A DNA stretch of 64,000 bases from Candidatus Heimdallarchaeota archaeon (GTDB lineage Archaea; Asgardarchaeota; Heimdallarchaeia; Hodarchaeales; Hodarchaeaceae): NCBI GenBank assembly GCA_011364965.1, contig RDOB01000005.1, forward strand, positions 128,001 to 192,000, given 5' to 3'. The translations under genes were made by a program, and so were the position numbers. Below, in pieces: positions 61,423 through 64,000 of this stretch. A model generated the notes under the pieces. It was not told the origin of the DNA and ran no database searches. It saw only the letters and a list, made by a program, of their open reading frames with translations. Within the stretch, counting starts at the first letter, position 1. Each line of letters begins with the position of its first letter.

Positions 61423-62463
61423 TTGAAATGTAAGTTCATTGTGGTCATTGGAAGTATTAGTTGTATAATAGTTCTACTAGTAGGAGTAATTTTATTGTTT
61501 TCCCCTCAGATACCCTTCGGATTAGCTGTGGGGTATGATGTTGCAGTTCAAGGGGATTATGCATATGTTTCGGACAATGAGGGGGTGAATATTTTCAATA
61601 TTAACAATCCGAACAATCCTATACGAATTAAGGAGGTTCGAAGTCCAGATGGAGCATTTGGAATTTGCATTGAGGGCAATTACCTCTTTATTGCAAGTGA
61701 TTCTGATGGATTTGAAATTGTTAATATATCAAATCCCGAGAATCCAACTGTTCTAGGAACATATAATGATGGCGGATCAATATACGATGTGGACGTGAAT
61801 GGAGGTGTAGCATATACACTTGATCTTCAACTGGGACTAGAAATTCTCAATATCACATATCCCGAGCAAATCACAAAAATCGGAACCTATTCAGATGGTG
61901 GGGAGTACACAAGCGTCCTAGTAAGGCAGAATATTGGGTATATAGCAAATCCACAGGTCGGATTAAAAGTATTCAATTTTACAGATCCAACCTCACCTTC
62001 TAAGCTTCAAACTGTCTCAAATACTAGGGGAGTACGAGACTTATGTATCTATGAGAGTCTACTGTTCCTTGGATGTCATGCCAATGGAGTAAAAATTTAC
62101 AACATTTCCAATCCAATTTCTCCCCAACCTCTTGGATCATTTATTAAATCAGGTGGAGAGGTTTACGGAACCACTGGAAATCATACTCATCTTTATGTTG
62201 CAGACCTACTACTAGGTACATATGTACTAAATATCACAGATCCAACTCAACCAGTTGAACTAATTTACAATGAAAATGCTGCTCCTCATGCAATTACTTA
62301 CGATGGGGAATACCTTTACCTCGCAGACCAAGATAGACAACTTATCATCCTGAATTCCCGATTAGATGCACAATTCTCAGGCTATCTTATCCCAGGATTT
62401 TCCTATCTGATAGCAATAGTGGGATTACTACCAATAATTATCTATAAGAGACCAAGGAACTAA
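61423..62463 (+). CDS. LVIVD-repeat beta-propeller surface protein with a PGF-type sorting tail
   Basis: Repeats of DV.V.G.YAYV...G..I.NI.NP.NP; ends IPGF-TM-KRPRN. Confidence 0.88.
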   Translation: MKCKFIVVIGSISCIIVLLVGVILLFSPQIPFGLAVGYDVAVQGDYAYVSDNEGVNIFNINNPNNPIRIKEVRSPDGAFGICIEGNYLFIASDSDGFEIVNISNPENPTVLGTYNDGGSIYDVDVNGGVAYTLDLQLGLEILNITYPEQITKIGTYSDGGEYTSVLVRQNIGYIANPQVGLKVFNFTDPTSPSKLQTVSNTRGVRDLCIYESLLFLGCHANGVKIYNISNPISPQPLGSFIKSGGEVYGTTGNHTHLYVADLLLGTYVLNITDPTQPVELIYNENAAPHAITYDGEYLYLADQDRQLIILNSRLDAQFSGYLIPGFSYLIAIVGLLPIIIYKRPRN

Positions 62464-62745
62464 TCAATCCTCTTGCTCCATCCAAAGATTTTAGGGGAAT
62501 AAATGTAGAAATTTGGGGAAAAAAAGTAATATTATTTAACCACTATTCAATATAGTAAAAAAGATGTAGAACACATCTCATATTATGAACTATTGATAAT
62601 AAATATTGAAATTCCTGACTAAACTGGCCATCAGAAAATAAATATAGACTAGATCTTGGATGTGGGTCTGGAAAACAATTATGATTTTTCTTTATATGGG
62701 TTGAAATATGGATAAAAAGATGAACTCAAATCTCTAGGTGGTTAA

Positions 62746-63054
62746 GTGAGTAGCGAAACGTGGATCATTTCCGTTTGGAGACATACAAGTAGAACAGGAC
62801 GGATAATGCTTATTTTTGGACTCTTCAGCTTCTTAATTGTCTTATTTGGAGTATTTCTAATCTTTGTAGGAATCTTGGGACTACTTACAATTGCTGGGAA
62901 ACTTAACACAAGTAGTAACGATATCTTCAATATCTTGTTCTCAGGGTTGGGAGCGTGCATAGTTGGTGCATTCCTCATGATTATTTATTCCATTGGAATG
63001 AAGTTCCTCCCTCCACTTGTAATTCCTGAACCTGAAGCGAAAAAAGATAACTAG
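62746..63054 (+). CDS. Small membrane protein
   Basis: Two hydrophobic segments; AGGTGG RBS upstream of the GTG. Confidence 0.55.
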   Translation: MSSETWIISVWRHTSRTGRIMLIFGLFSFLIVLFGVFLIFVGILGLLTIAGKLNTSSNDIFNILFSGLGACIVGAFLMIIYSIGMKFLPPLVIPEPEAKKDN

Positions 63055-63392
63055 TCACGAAATGAATCCAAAGTATTTTTGGCTTGAGGAGATTGTAATT
63101 GATTCCATAAAGCTTCTAATTTATCGTTACAAGGATAATCTCCACAATCTGCACATGTATTGTAGCCTTTGATGGACGCACAATTCCGCACAGAACACTG
63201 AGAACAATGGAAAAATGTATTCTCAGTAGCATGACACCCGTTACAATTTATTTGCTCGGGTTGAACAGTGAATCCACCTCCAGACCATCGCTTAGCTGTC
63301 TCTTCCCGTAAAGATTGGTCATCTGTTTTCTGCGCAATATACGCAGGACATGTTTTACAATTTAAACCACAATAAGCAATTCCTACACTCAT
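63051..63392 (-). CDS. DUF3795 Cys-rich protein
   Basis: IAYCGLNCKTCPAY...CNGC...C..C..R.CA......CADC.DYPC. Confidence 0.88.
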   Translation of the reverse strand: MSVGIAYCGLNCKTCPAYIAQKTDDQSLREETAKRWSGGGFTVQPEQINCNGCHATENTFFHCSQCSVRNCASIKGYNTCADCGDYPCNDKLEALWNQLQSPQAKNTLDSFRD

Positions 63393-63544
63393 GAAGAAAT
63401 CTCTCCTGAATACTAGGAAATTATTCGCTTCCTATATATAATTTTTAATTAGAGCAATGAATTATTCTAAAAATTTACTAGGAATTTACAGGAAAGACTA
63501 TTCTTAAGGGAAAAAATATACCCCCAAAATGGAGACATTTTTCA

Positions 63545-64000
63545 ATGAAGATAATTATTGTATATGATTCAGTTTATGGCAATACTGAACGAATTGCTCA
63601 AGCTATAGGTACAGCATTAACGAGCGAATATGATGTTAAAGTAGCCAGAGCAGCTAATATAACAATAGATCAGTTAACAGCTGTGAACATATTATTTGTT
63701 GGTTCCCCTACTCACGGAGGAAGGTTCACTAAAGAAATTCAAGACTTTCTAAACGATATTTCGAAGCTCCCCCCTACGGATATTAAAATAGCAACGTTTG
63801 ACACTAGAACCTCATCAAAAGGTATTGCTAGGAGGATAGAAAAGTTGTTTGGACATGCTGCAATTAGGATAGCTAAAGCTGTAAAAACTCAGGGGAAAAT
63901 CCTTATAGGAGAGCCAGAAGGATTTATTGTTAAAGGAACGAAAGGCCCATTAAGAGATGGGGAGTTAGAGCGTGCAGAATCTTGGGGAAAGAAAATAATC
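63545..64000 (+). CDS. Flavodoxin family protein, 3'-partial (not in the ORF track)
   Basis: MKIIIVYDSVYGNTERIAQAI...LFVGSPTHGG...ATFDTR...GPLRDGELERAESWG; open to the window end. Confidence 0.88.
   Translation, partial: MKIIIVYDSVYGNTERIAQAIGTALTSEYDVKVARAANITIDQLTAVNILFVGSPTHGGRFTKEIQDFLNDISKLPPTDIKIATFDTRTSSKGIARRIEKLFGHAAIRIAKAVKTQGKILIGEPEGFIVKGTKGPLRDGELERAESWGKKII

Noticed and set aside
5902-62978. Many short antisense or overlapping ORFs (e.g. 5902, 7145, 8913, 26807, 36923, 39209, 41241, 56758)
   Set aside because: They overlap confidently assigned genes on another frame or strand and lack motifs.
1-64000. Genome-wide UGA-to-Trp reassignment
   Set aside because: TGG is used routinely for Trp, and many well-defined genes end in TGA at their expected C-termini (e.g. 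24626, 28367, 38694, 51323). TAG and frameshift lesions also occur.
1-64000. tRNA, rRNA, CRISPR arrays, transposases and integrases
   Set aside because: No cloverleaf or T-loop signatures, regularly spaced repeats or recombinase motifs were recognised by eye.

Overview
AT-rich prokaryotic window, most likely from an Asgard archaeon of the Heimdallarchaeia/Hodarchaeales type. This is inferred from a stand-alone longin/roadblock-like protein, PGF-type C-terminal sorting tails, an archaemetzincin, short-signalling-domain MCPs, GGTG/GAGG ribosome-binding sites and oligo-T terminators. Most genes are housekeeping or accessory: peptidases (M29, M3B/PepF, M48, archaemetzincin), hydrolases, methyltransferases, MFS and ABC transporters including a complete Opp/Dpp operon, AlaX, TrmO/TsaA, an APH(3')-like kinase and two chemoreceptors. 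The most interesting part is about 42.0-48.9 kb. An unannotated 48-codon ORF there encodes a signal peptide plus a tiny Pro-rich tail (TAPPNSPPPPGF). It heads an apparent operon with a 106-aa unknown and a soluble, degenerate PAS/HisKA kinase-like protein, and is divergent from a large double-wHTH regulator. Converging on that regulator is a two-gene unit: a class II terpene-cyclase-like protein (DxDTT, QW repeats) and an MCP with no extracellular ligand domain. Together these form a candidate archaeal peptide/terpenoid signalling locus. Several genes missed or split by the ORF track carry single in-frame stops: two ICMT-family genes, a zinc-finger gene with a TGA-x-x-Cys, and a sulfatase remnant. 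No rRNA, tRNA, CRISPR array or transposase was recognised.
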